From Candidatus Hydrogenedentota bacterium (GTDB lineage Bacteria; Hydrogenedentota; Hydrogenedentia; Hydrogenedentales; SLHB01), in contig CAVUWV010000031.1 in NCBI GenBank assembly GCA_963745075.1, positions 32,001 through 96,000 on the forward strand: a DNA stretch of 64,000 nt, written 5' to 3'. Below the pieces are notes generated by a model. The model saw only the letters and a program-made list of their open reading frames with translations. It did no database searches and had not been told where the DNA came from. Below are positions 19,444 through 29,254 of this stretch, one piece after another (position 1 is the stretch's first letter; every line of letters begins with the position of its first letter). Both the position numbers and the translations under genes were made by a program.

Positions 19444-19637
19444 CCACCCCGTAGGAGAACAGTCTATAGGGTCGATCGTGGGCTGCGCAAGTTCCCTGTT
19501 CTATGGTCGTGTCGGGTTATGTCAACGAAAGGGTCGGGGATTCTGCTGTGAATGGTTGTGTGTACGAGGAATCGGGAGGTTTCTTGTCCTGTATCGCACC
19601 TTCAGCGCTCCGTTTTGTAGCGCGACCGGGAACCCGG
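19444..19637. repeat. Dispersed direct repeat, copy C (longest)
   Basis: Left part matches copies A/B; right part matches copy D. Confidence 0.9.
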
Positions 19638-19962
19638 GGTAGGCCTACGCGTTGCGTCGCCCAATCACGCACCTCTCCCACGACCGATCGCAATGCAACA
19701 CCCCGTGCAACGTATATAAGGAGCGCTCCACCCATGCCAACCAAAACCGAGCCCACCCGTTACGCTCGCCGCCTTTCTCGTCCTCGCGAAAGCGGGGAAT
19801 ACGGGGAACCATCACGACCACTCGCGTACGCACCCCCCCTTGAATCGTCACGAGAACGGGGGGGTGCCCAAGCGTTCCCAATTGCGATCTTTCTTCGGAC
19901 CCTACAGCGACGACGCGGCTTCTTTCCGCGCTGGACTGTGGGTATCTTGGCCCTTCGGGCCA

Positions 19963-20157
19963 TTACGACGACTTGGTGTCGACGCCGCGGTGTTGGGATT
20001 TGCCGTCGCCAAACCCGTGTTTCCTGCGCAACCTCTCGAAGACCTCTTCGGCGGGATGCACCTTGCTCTCCGCAACCTGGCGCTTGCCGAGTTCCAGAAT
20101 CTTCAGGAGGGCCTCCGCATCCGTCAACTCGTCAAGCTTCTCGATCTCTTCTGCCAT
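19963..20157 (-). CDS. Short protein resembling the C-terminal half of Phd/YefM antitoxins
   Basis: ALLKILELGKRQV..SKVHPAEEVFERLR; GGAG RBS; no adjacent toxin. Confidence 0.55.
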   Translation of the reverse strand: MAEEIEKLDELTDAEALLKILELGKRQVAESKVHPAEEVFERLRRKHGFGDGKSQHRGVDTKSS

Positions 20158-20195
20158 CGTTCAGTCTCCAATGTTCGCCACCATAGTAACACCAA

Positions 20196-21158
20196 TCAGA
20201 TTATCCGCAGCGCGTCCAGCGCGGCTTCGAAATCCGCGGGCGGGGGCGCGTTGAACTGCATGCGTTCGCCCGTCCCTGGGTGTTCAAACCCCAAGTGTTC
20301 GGCGTGGAGGGCTTGGCCGTTGAGGGCTTCGAGGACGAGGCGGAGTTCGGGGGAAATGGGCCATTTCTTGAAGTCGGTGACGCCGTAGATGGGGTCGCCG
20401 AGGACGGCGTGGCCGGCGAAGCGGAGGTGGACGCGGATCTGGTGGGTGCGGCCGGTATCGAGTTTGAGGCTGACGAGGGACGCGATGCCGAAGCGTTCGA
20501 GGGCGATGAAGTTGGTGATGGCGTCTTTGCCGTGGATGCCGGTGACGGTCATGCGTTTGCGGTCCTGGGTGCTGCGGCCGACGGTGGCGTTGATGCGGCC
20601 CCGGTCTTCCTTGAACTGGCCCTGCACGAGGGCGAGGTAGCGCCGGTCGAAGGTGTGTTCGCGGGACTGTTCGGCGAGGCCAATAAACGCGCGCGGGGAT
20701 TTCGCGACGACCATCACGCCCGAGGTGAACTGGTCGAGCCGGTGGACGATGCCGGGCCGCTGGGCGTCCGCGCCGGGGCGCTGGAAATCCGCGCAATGGT
20801 ACAGCACCGCGTTGACGAGGGTGCCGTCCGGATGGCCCGGCGCGGGATGGACGACCAGGCCGGACGGCTTGTTGATCACCAGCACGTCGGCGTCTTCAAA
20901 CAGGATTTCGAGGGGAATGTCCTGCGGTTCGAGCGCGGTGGACGGCGGCGGCGGGAGTTCGGCCGTGATCGTGTAACCGTCGTGGACGGTCTGGCTCGGC
21001 CGCGTGCAGACCTCGCCGTTCACACGGATACGCTTCTCCTTGATCAGCTTCTTCAGATACGAGCGCGTTGCGTCTTCAATGCACGCCGCCAGGTACACGT
21101 CGAGCCGGAGCCCTTCGTGATCCTCATCGACGATTTCTTCAAAGCGTTGCGGCTGCAC
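20196..21158 (-). CDS. rluD: RluA/RluD family 23S rRNA pseudouridine synthase
   Basis: S4 domain RLDVYL, NKPSGLVVHP, IVHRLD, TGRTHQIRVH, LGDPIYG, QALHA. Confidence 0.93.
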   Translation of the reverse strand: MQPQRFEEIVDEDHEGLRLDVYLAACIEDATRSYLKKLIKEKRIRVNGEVCTRPSQTVHDGYTITAELPPPPSTALEPQDIPLEILFEDADVLVINKPSGLVVHPAPGHPDGTLVNAVLYHCADFQRPGADAQRPGIVHRLDQFTSGVMVVAKSPRAFIGLAEQSREHTFDRRYLALVQGQFKEDRGRINATVGRSTQDRKRMTVTGIHGKDAITNFIALERFGIASLVSLKLDTGRTHQIRVHLRFAGHAVLGDPIYGVTDFKKWPISPELRLVLEALNGQALHAEHLGFEHPGTGERMQFNAPPPADFEAALDALRII

Positions 21159-22666
21159 GGCGAAATCCCGGCGCAAGCGCCTTGTACGTATCTTGGTATA
21201 GCGCGAAGCCGTCGTCGTAGCGCTTGGCGAGGCTCGCGTCCGGCTGGCAGGTGTCGACGACTTTGATGATCGCGTCGCAGGCTTCTTCGACGGACTTGTA
21301 GAGGCCCGTCTCGACCGTCGCGAGCAAGGCGGCGCCGTAGGCGGGACCCTCGTCGATGTTGGTGGTGACCAGCGGCGTCTTGTTCACGTCCGCCTGGATC
21401 TGCCGCCAAAGCGGACTGCGCGCGCCGCCGCCCGAGGCGCGGACCTGTGTCACCGGGCACGCCCATCTCGTGCATGATTTCGAGGCTGTCCCGCATGGAA
21501 TAGGCCACGCCTTCGAGGACCGCGCGGCTCATGTGTGCGCGGGTGTGGCGCAGCGACAACCCCACGAATGCGCCCTTCGCGTAGGGGTCTTTGTGGGGCG
21601 TGCGTTCGCCGGTGAGGTAGGGCAGGAAGGTCAGCCCTTCCGCGCCGGGCGGGATGGTCTCCGCCGCAGCGGTGATGTATTCGTAGGGGTCGCGCCCCGT
21701 TTCCACGGCCACGGCCTTCTCGTTCTGGCACAGCGCGTCGCGGAACCAGCGCAGCGATCCGCCCGCACTCAGCACCACGCCCATGACATGCCACTTGCCG
21801 GGAACGGAGTGACAGAAGGTATGCACGCGACCCTGCGGGTCCAGGCTAATCTTCTCGGAAAAGGCGAAGACCACGCCGCTGGTGCCGACCGTCGACGAAA
21901 TCACGCCGGGCCGGACGATGCCGTTGCCCACGCCGCCTGCGGCCTGGTCGCCTCCGCCCGCGATGACGGGAATGCCCGCAGGAAGCCCCGTCAGTTTCGC
22001 CGCTTCAGCGGAGAGTTTGCCCGTGACTTCCGTGCCCTCGAACGCGGGCGGCATAAAGTCCGCGTTAATATCGAGGATGGACATCAACTCTTTGTGCCAG
22101 GTCCGATTCTTCACGTCGAAGAGCAGCGTGCCCGAAGCGTCCGCCACATCTGTCGCGAATTCGCCGGTGAGCACGTAGCGGATGTAGTCCTTGGGCAGCA
22201 GGACCTTGCGGACCTTTTCGTAGACCGCGGGCTCGTTGTCCCGCAACCACAGGATTTTCGGCGCGGTGAACCCGGTCAGGGCGGGGTTGCAGACCATCTC
22301 GATGAGCCGCTTCTCCCCCACCTTTTCGGTAATCGCGTCGCACTGGGGTGCGGTACGCTGGTCGCACCAGAGCAGGGCGTTGCGCAGAACCTGATTATCA
22401 GCGTCGAGGAAGACCGAGCCATGCATCTGGCCCGTGAGGCCGATCCCTTTAACGTCCTTGGGATTGACCCCTTCGGCGTGGGCGAGCATGGTCAGCGCTT
22501 TGTAGGCCGCCTCCTTCCAGTCGGCGGGATCCTGTTCGGCCCAATCGGGCTTAGGAGTCAGCAGGGGGTACTCGACCAAAGCCGAGGCGACGAGTTTGCC
22601 GGTCGCGTCCATGGCGACGGCTTTGGTGCCGCTGGTACCCACATCAACGCCGATAACGATACTCAT
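21139..22666 (-). CDS. xylB: Xylulokinase, one frameshift near 21455
   Basis: GVDVGTSGTK, TGQMHG, GGGDQAA, LPYLTGERTP; C-terminus SGGGARSPLW in another frame. Confidence 0.9.
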
Positions 22667-22735
22667 CCTCGAATCACTCCCTTGTAGTACGAACTGCTAC
22701 AACCCAACCCGTCGGGTACCTCTGAACAGCACCAA

Positions 22736-22899
22736 TAACATCCCCCTTGATCCCCCTTCAAAGGGGGAATTGCGCTCAATCACGCTAGTTCGTAAAGGGA
22801 CCGCGCTTGGCTCTGAACCTGGGTCATTGCCAGAGCCGGAACGCAACGCGAAGTGTTACGACTTATTCCCCCTTTGAAGGGGGACCAAGGGGGATGTTA
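22736..22899. repeat. Inverted-repeat doublet, family CCCCCTT (copy 3)
   Basis: TAACATCCCCCTTGATCCCCCTTCAAAGGGGGAAT ... ATTCCCCCTTTGAAGGGGGACCAAGGGGGATGTTA. Confidence 0.92.
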
Positions 22900-22980
22900 G
22901 TTCGGCGCAACGGCTTCCTGCAACTAGGTCCCGCGCTGCCAAGGTATCGATTCTCGGCTAAACGCATTCCGGGTACACAG

Positions 22981-23015
22981 AAAAAGGGCAGGACTGCATG
23001 AGAACAGTCCTGCCC
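22981..23015 (-). terminator. Rho-independent terminator of rpsU
   Basis: GGGCAGGACTG/CAGTCCTGCCC stem followed by TTTTT on the minus strand. Confidence 0.8.
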
Positions 23016-23043
23016 GGAGGATACCATGGATGGCCGGCTCGAA

Positions 23044-23226
23044 TCAGTCCGCGCTGGCGTTGCGGGCGATGGCCTTGGCCAATTTGCGGCGGCGACGTTC
23101 GCTCGGCTTCTCGTAGTGCTTCATTTCTTTCAGGCGCTGCATGAGGCCTTCTTTGTTGCACTTTTTCTTGAAGCGGCGTAGTGCTTTCTCAAATGGCTCG
23201 TCGCTCTTGACGCGCACTTTGGTCAC
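23044..23226 (-). CDS. rpsU: 30S ribosomal protein S21
   Basis: EPFEKALRRFKKKC, HYEKPSERRRRK; GGAGG RBS. Confidence 0.96.
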   Translation of the reverse strand: MTKVRVKSDEPFEKALRRFKKKCNKEGLMQRLKEMKHYEKPSERRRRKLAKAIARNASAD

Positions 23227-23493
23227 TAAAAATCAACCTCCCCTCATCCATCACCACGGCATCAGCGTGGTGGAGTATCTCGAACCGTGGCTAGATTTTT
23301 CGAGGTTTTGCGCAACCTTCTTCCTCGCAAACACGGTCCGGAGTGCATGCGCTTGCAGCCATATACTGTATCATGCCGACCCCAGGGTGTCAACGAGCCC
23401 ATCGTTTGACTGACTCTATCCCCACTGTTACAATCAGCTTCGGTACACCATAGACGACCTGAATTGAGAGCGAGTGTGGGTATGAACATGGCC

Positions 23494-23528
23494 GGACCTT
23501 CTCCCCTTGGTGAGAAGGCCTTTCTTTT
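23494..23528 (+). terminator. Possible attenuator terminator in the pyrR leader
   Basis: CCTTCTC/GAGAAGG stem then TTTCTTTT, ~33 nt before pyrR. Confidence 0.45.
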
Positions 23529-23561
23529 ATCCGGCTGTCTTTGCGGGACTTGTCGATAATC

Positions 23562-24152
23562 ATGGCCGAGCTGGAAAACGAGGAAAACACCGAAACCACG
23601 GTTGTGCTCGATGCCGACGCCATGCGGACTGCCATCCACCGCGTGGCCCAGGAAATTGTCGCGGCGAACGACGACTTGGCCTCCGTCGCCCTCCTGGGAA
23701 TATTGAGTCGTGGCCGTCCCCTTGCCGAGCGGTTCGCCGCCGAAATCGAGTCTATGACCGGGACCGCGCCTCGGGTTGGCTCCCTCTCCACCGAGTTGTA
23801 CCGGGACAACGTCCGGAGCGGTAAACGGGCGGCCTCCCTCGGACATGTGACCCACTTCGACTTCGACGTAGAAGGAACGACCGTCATCCTGGTGGACGAC
23901 GTGCTCTCGACGGGGCGAACCGTCCGCGCGGCCATGGATGAAATCATCGACTACGGCCGGCCGCAGTGCATCCGGCTGGCTTGTCTGGTGGATCGGGGGC
24001 TGCGTGAATTGCCCATCCAGGCGGATTATCTGGGCTGGTCTCTGGCGACCAAACCGGACGATCGCGTGTTTGTGCGCCTGAAAGAGTCGGATGGTGAGGA
24101 TAGCGTACTGCTGAAGAGCCGGCCCGACGCCGCCGAGGAGGCCGAGGAATGA
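23562..24152 (+). CDS. pyrR: Pyrimidine attenuation regulator / uracil PRTase PyrR
   Basis: VILVDDVLSTGRTVRAAM, GRP, LVDRGLRELPIQADYLG. Confidence 0.92.
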   Translation: MAELENEENTETTVVLDADAMRTAIHRVAQEIVAANDDLASVALLGILSRGRPLAERFAAEIESMTGTAPRVGSLSTELYRDNVRSGKRAASLGHVTHFDFDVEGTTVILVDDVLSTGRTVRAAMDEIIDYGRPQCIRLACLVDRGLRELPIQADYLGWSLATKPDDRVFVRLKESDGEDSVLLKSRPDAAEEAEE

Positions 24153-25132
24153 CGCCTCCCGACTCCAAACCCGCACCGGCCTGGACGCGAAAAGATTTAA
24201 CCGGCCTCGAGGACCTGTCCCGCGAAGAAATTGAGACCGTTCTGGACACGGCGCCCCAGTTTGTTGCCATCGCGAAACGGGAAAGCGGCATCAAGCGGGT
24301 GCCGTTGTTGCAAGGGCGGCTCATCGTGAACTGGTTCTTCGAGCCGAGCACGCGCACGCGGACCTCGTTCGAGATCGCGGCGAAACGGCTCAGCGCGGAT
24401 TCCCTCACCATCAATGTGCAGGTTTCGAGTTCCAAGAAAGGCGAGACGCTGCACGATACCCTGAACAATATCGAGGCCATGCACAGCGACGTGGTGGTCA
24501 TTCGGCATAGCCTGGCGGGCGCGCCTCACATTCTGGCCCAACATCACGATTCACATATCATCAACGCGGGCGACGGCGCGCACGAACATCCGACGCAAGC
24601 CCTGCTCGATGCCTTCACCATCCGGGACCACGTCCGCAAACAACGCCAGGATCCGAACGCAACGCTGGACGGCATCCGGGTCGCCATTATCGGCGACATT
24701 TCCCATAGCCGTGTGGCTCGAAGCAACGTCTGGGGCCTGACCAAGCTGGGCGCGAAGGTGGTTTTGTGCGGTCCAAGCACCTTGATGCCGCCGGAGATCG
24801 GCCGGATGGGGGCGGAGACTACATCCGATCTGCGGGAAGCCATTGAAGGTGTGGATGTGGTGTACTCGTTGCGCATCCAGCTCGAACGGCAGCAGAAATG
24901 CCTGTTCCCGAGCATCCGTGAATACATCCGGCTGTTCCGCATCGACAACGAATCGCTCAAAGCCGCGCCGCCGCAGGCGCTGATCATGCACCCGGGCCCC
25001 ATCAATCGGGATATCGAGTTGTCCGCCGAAGTCGCCGACGGTCCGCACAGCGTCGTGTTGGAGCAGGTGTCCAACGGGGTGGCCGTGCGCATGGCCATCA
25101 TGCATCTACTGGTAAACGGCCGCGCCGCGTAA
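24149..25132 (+). CDS. pyrB: Aspartate carbamoyltransferase catalytic subunit
   Basis: FFEPSTRTRTSFE, NAGDGAHEHPTQALLD, MHPGPINR. Confidence 0.96.
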   Translation: MTPPDSKPAPAWTRKDLTGLEDLSREEIETVLDTAPQFVAIAKRESGIKRVPLLQGRLIVNWFFEPSTRTRTSFEIAAKRLSADSLTINVQVSSSKKGETLHDTLNNIEAMHSDVVVIRHSLAGAPHILAQHHDSHIINAGDGAHEHPTQALLDAFTIRDHVRKQRQDPNATLDGIRVAIIGDISHSRVARSNVWGLTKLGAKVVLCGPSTLMPPEIGRMGAETTSDLREAIEGVDVVYSLRIQLERQQKCLFPSIREYIRLFRIDNESLKAAPPQALIMHPGPINRDIELSAEVADGPHSVVLEQVSNGVAVRMAIMHLLVNGRAA

Positions 25133-25179
25133 ATGAAAACAAGAACCCGTCGGGGTTTTGAAAGAGCGTCTACGATCTT

Positions 25180-25306
25180 CTCGTGCTCGTAATCGTTATC
25201 GTAATCGAGAGTTGAAACGGTCTGAGTAGAAATCAGAACTTGAGGATCTGAACGAGGGCGCAGCGTCATTGCACGTTGTCGATTACGATTACGAGCACGA
25301 GTACGA
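25180..25306. repeat. Inverted hexamer-repeat doublet (TCGTAA/TTACGA), copy 1
   Basis: CTCGTGCTCGTAATCGTTATCGTAATCGA ... TCGATTACGATTACGAGCACGAGTACGA between pyrB and pyrC. Confidence 0.85.
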
Positions 25307-25328
25307 TTTGAGAGGAGCAAATGCACCT

Positions 25329-26597
<1,269 letters not shown>

Positions 26598-26669
26598 TTC
26601 AATTCCGGTTCATCCGCGCACCCAACTGTGGTAGGCTCGTTCGAACAGTTTCTGGTGCGAGATTCGGCA

Positions 26670-27170
26670 ATGCAAGGACAGGCAAACTTCCAATACGATC
26701 ACCCCTGGGGACCCATTTACGGATGGTTTTCCCCCGCCGGACTGACGTGGCTCGAGCTGCCCCACGCGGAGAAGGGATTTGCGCGGCGGTCCGTGTTGCA
26801 CTCGGCGGCCAATGACGCGCGGGTCTGGGACCTGCACGCGGCGCTTGAACGGTATTTCGCGGGGGTGGAGGAAGGGTTCGAATCCATTCCCCTCGATTTG
26901 AACGGCGCCACGGATTTTCAACGCGCGGTCTGGCTTGCGTCTCGCGAAACATCATGGGGTGTGACGCAAACGTATGGGGATCTGGCCCAACGGCTTGGGA
27001 AGAACGCGGGCGCCGCGCGCGCGGTGGGTCATGCCTTGGGCGCGAACCCAATCGCGGTGCTCGTTCCCTGCCATCGTTTCCTCGGCAAGGACGGCAAGCT
27101 CCAAGGCTATGCCGCCGGGCTGGCGTGGAAACGGGAGTTGCTCCGCATCGAAGGCGCTCTGCTGCACTGA
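26670..27170 (+). CDS. ogt: Methylated-DNA--protein-cysteine methyltransferase
   Basis: FQRAVW, TYG.LA, ARAVG.A..ANP, PCHR active site. Confidence 0.9.
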   Translation: MQGQANFQYDHPWGPIYGWFSPAGLTWLELPHAEKGFARRSVLHSAANDARVWDLHAALERYFAGVEEGFESIPLDLNGATDFQRAVWLASRETSWGVTQTYGDLAQRLGKNAGAARAVGHALGANPIAVLVPCHRFLGKDGKLQGYAAGLAWKRELLRIEGALLH

Positions 27171-27186
27171 TGAGCAGACACAGGCG

Positions 27187-27999
27187 CTACCCCCGTGGCA
27201 GTCCAGCGTCGAGTTCCTGTTGATACGTCTCACACACGAACGACGAATCCGGGAGCGCGTCCGTCAGGGGATCATCCGCTTCGCCGCAGAAGCCGAGATG
27301 CAAATGCTTCCGCCAGCCTTCGGCGTATTCGTATTTCCCAGACATGCGGCCGACGAGGGCGGACATTTCTTCCAACGTCGTGAGATAGCTGTCGAGTCCC
27401 TGGCTGCGGTCGAGCCACTCCTTCTGCGACTTGTGACAAGCGAGAGACGCGCGTTTCGTCTTCACGACGGACGTGATATCGACGTACTGTCCCGCGCGGA
27501 CGACACGGCGCAACGGGTCGCGCAGTCCCCACGGCAACGCATGGTACACCGTCACCGGATCGCCGGCGGGAGGACGCGGCGGATCGGTCATGTAGTTGCA
27601 CATGCCCCGGAAGAATGCCGCGGAGACGGCGATCCGGCAGGCATTCATGTGGTCTTCCATGTAGTCCTGCGGCGATTGCACAAGGAGAATGCGCGGCTTG
27701 ATCTCCCGGATAACGGAGCAGACTTTACGCGGCGCGACGCGGTCGTAGAATAAGTCCAGGTCATCCGCGAAGGGCTCGTGGAAGGTGGCTCCGAGCACCT
27801 TGGCGGCTTCGCGGGCTTCTTCCGTGCGCTGAGCGATGATGCTTTCCCGCGTGGTCCAGTCCGTGCCCATGGAGCCGTTGCAGAGGTTCATGTAGTGCAC
27901 GTCATACCCGGCCTTGTCCAGCATCAACAGGGTGCCGCCCATCATTAACTCGATATCGTCGGGGTGCGCCGCCACGGCGAACGCTACGGGTTTACTCAT
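27187..27999 (-). CDS. PIG-L/LmbE family deacetylase
   Basis: AHPDDIE motif, DYMEDH, CHKSQ. Confidence 0.9.
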   Translation of the reverse strand: MSKPVAFAVAAHPDDIELMMGGTLLMLDKAGYDVHYMNLCNGSMGTDWTTRESIIAQRTEEAREAAKVLGATFHEPFADDLDLFYDRVAPRKVCSVIREIKPRILLVQSPQDYMEDHMNACRIAVSAAFFRGMCNYMTDPPRPPAGDPVTVYHALPWGLRDPLRRVVRAGQYVDITSVVKTKRASLACHKSQKEWLDRSQGLDSYLTTLEEMSALVGRMSGKYEYAEGWRKHLHLGFCGEADDPLTDALPDSSFVCETYQQELDAGLPRG

Positions 28000-28050
28000 T
28001 GTCGGTCCCCTTACTAACTCGTGGTATTGACGTCGATACGGGCATACGCA

Positions 28051-28413
28051 TCAGGCTTCGCGCTCGGGTCTATGGGGCAGTTCCTCGCCGAAGGACCGAA
28101 TTTCCACATGTTCCAGCGTGGCGATGCCTTCGTGAATCACGGCTTCGAGGACCGGCAAGAATCGTTTGAGATTCTCCACCGTATCCACGATTTCGACAAT
28201 CACGGGCAATTCCGTGGTGAGGCGGAGTACCTTCGTGGTGTGGATGCGGTGATGAACGCCGTATCCGGCCATTCCGCGCAGCGCCGTCGCCCCGGCAATG
28301 CCGTGGTCGCGCGCCATCTGGATAATCCATTCGTACAACGGCATCCCTTCGTGCCGGTCGGACTCCCCGACGAAAACACGTAACAGACATCCTTCTTCGA
28401 GATATCTCCGCAC
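28051..28413 (-). CDS. DUF190 (PII-like) protein
   Basis: LLRVFVGESD, AGATALRG.AGYG, LPVIVEIVD; follows crcB. Confidence 0.9.
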   Translation of the reverse strand: MRRYLEEGCLLRVFVGESDRHEGMPLYEWIIQMARDHGIAGATALRGMAGYGVHHRIHTTKVLRLTTELPVIVEIVDTVENLKRFLPVLEAVIHEGIATLEHVEIRSFGEELPHRPEREA

Positions 28414-28476
28414 GACGACTCCTTGGGTTTGGCCGCGAAAGGGATAGAGTCCTCCCCGTCACGCCCGGTACAATTC

Positions 28477-28599
28477 TCGTAGTCGTACTTGTAATCGAAT
28501 ACGCCGCAAAAGGCCAAGAGTAAATAGCGGCCGTTTGGCTCCTTGACGCGAGTTGCACGGTTGGTTCGATTACGATTACGAGCACGATTACGATTACGA
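28477..28599. repeat. Inverted hexamer-repeat doublet, copy 2
   Basis: TCGTAGTCGTACTTGTAATCGAA ... TTCGATTACGATTACGAGCACGATTACGATTACGA between crcB and DUF190. Confidence 0.82.
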
Positions 28600-28627
28600 A
28601 TATTTCTTACTTCGCTTGTTTATGTCT

Positions 28628-29005
28628 TCATATTGCACGCGCCAGCGCGTATCCCAGCCAGACGGCGAACAATCCGACCACGATCTGAACACCGACATTC
28701 GCCAGCGCCAACATTGTTTCGCCGTCGCGGCCCAATCCGAACGTTTCGTATCCGAAGGTGGAAAAGGTGGTGAAACCGCCCAACATGCCGACCATGACGA
28801 ACATGCGGGCGTTGGGGTGCATGATTTCGCGCACTTCGGCCAGTCCGCCCAGCAGTCCGATCATGAGGCACCCCAGCACGTTCACCGCCAGGGTACCGAC
28901 GGGAATCCAAGGCTTGTCCACCAGGTTCTGAACCCAACCACTTACGAGGTACCGGCCCGCCGAACCGACAAACCCTCCTAAACCCACGAGAAGTATGTTC
29001 AGCAT
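28628..29005 (-). CDS. crcB: Fluoride channel Fluc/CrcB
   Basis: GG..G...RY, GTLAVN..G, GGFTTFSTF. Confidence 0.95.
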   Translation of the reverse strand: MLNILLVGLGGFVGSAGRYLVSGWVQNLVDKPWIPVGTLAVNVLGCLMIGLLGGLAEVREIMHPNARMFVMVGMLGGFTTFSTFGYETFGLGRDGETMLALANVGVQIVVGLFAVWLGYALARAI

Positions 29006-29254
29006 GTGTCATCCACGGCAAAGATTGACGTAACGAAATCCCCGGCAATTGTGTGCTACAACCGCGCTCGGGTGCAAGTGGAGAAAAGGGATGGAGACCG
29101 GAAGACTGGGGATGGTCATTTGATCGGACAGATCAGACCGATCGGTCCGATCCGACGGATCAAACACGTCAACCAGGGGCTACCCGCCCATCGTATGGGC
29201 ATTTCGCAGGCGCGCTCCATTGTGCAGACCGGTCCGTTGCAGTAGGATTGGTGC

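Noticed and set aside
14595..19637. Repeat-spacer pattern as a CRISPR array
   Set aside because: The repeats are 100-190 bp and degenerate, separated by ~1-3 kb of genes; no cas genes in the window.
21356..22687. Long antisense ORFs (also 48092-49417, 57030-58241, 6041-7132)
   Set aside because: Shadow ORFs of GC-rich real genes on the opposite strand.
25269..25328. N-terminal extension MHVVDYDYEHEYD of PyrC
   Set aside because: It is a translation of the hexamer repeat arm; the RBS supports a start at 25329.
29006..29120. Fluoride riboswitch upstream of crcB
   Set aside because: No GGCGATGG.GTTCGCC...GCT.ATGAC.CCT core on the coding strand.
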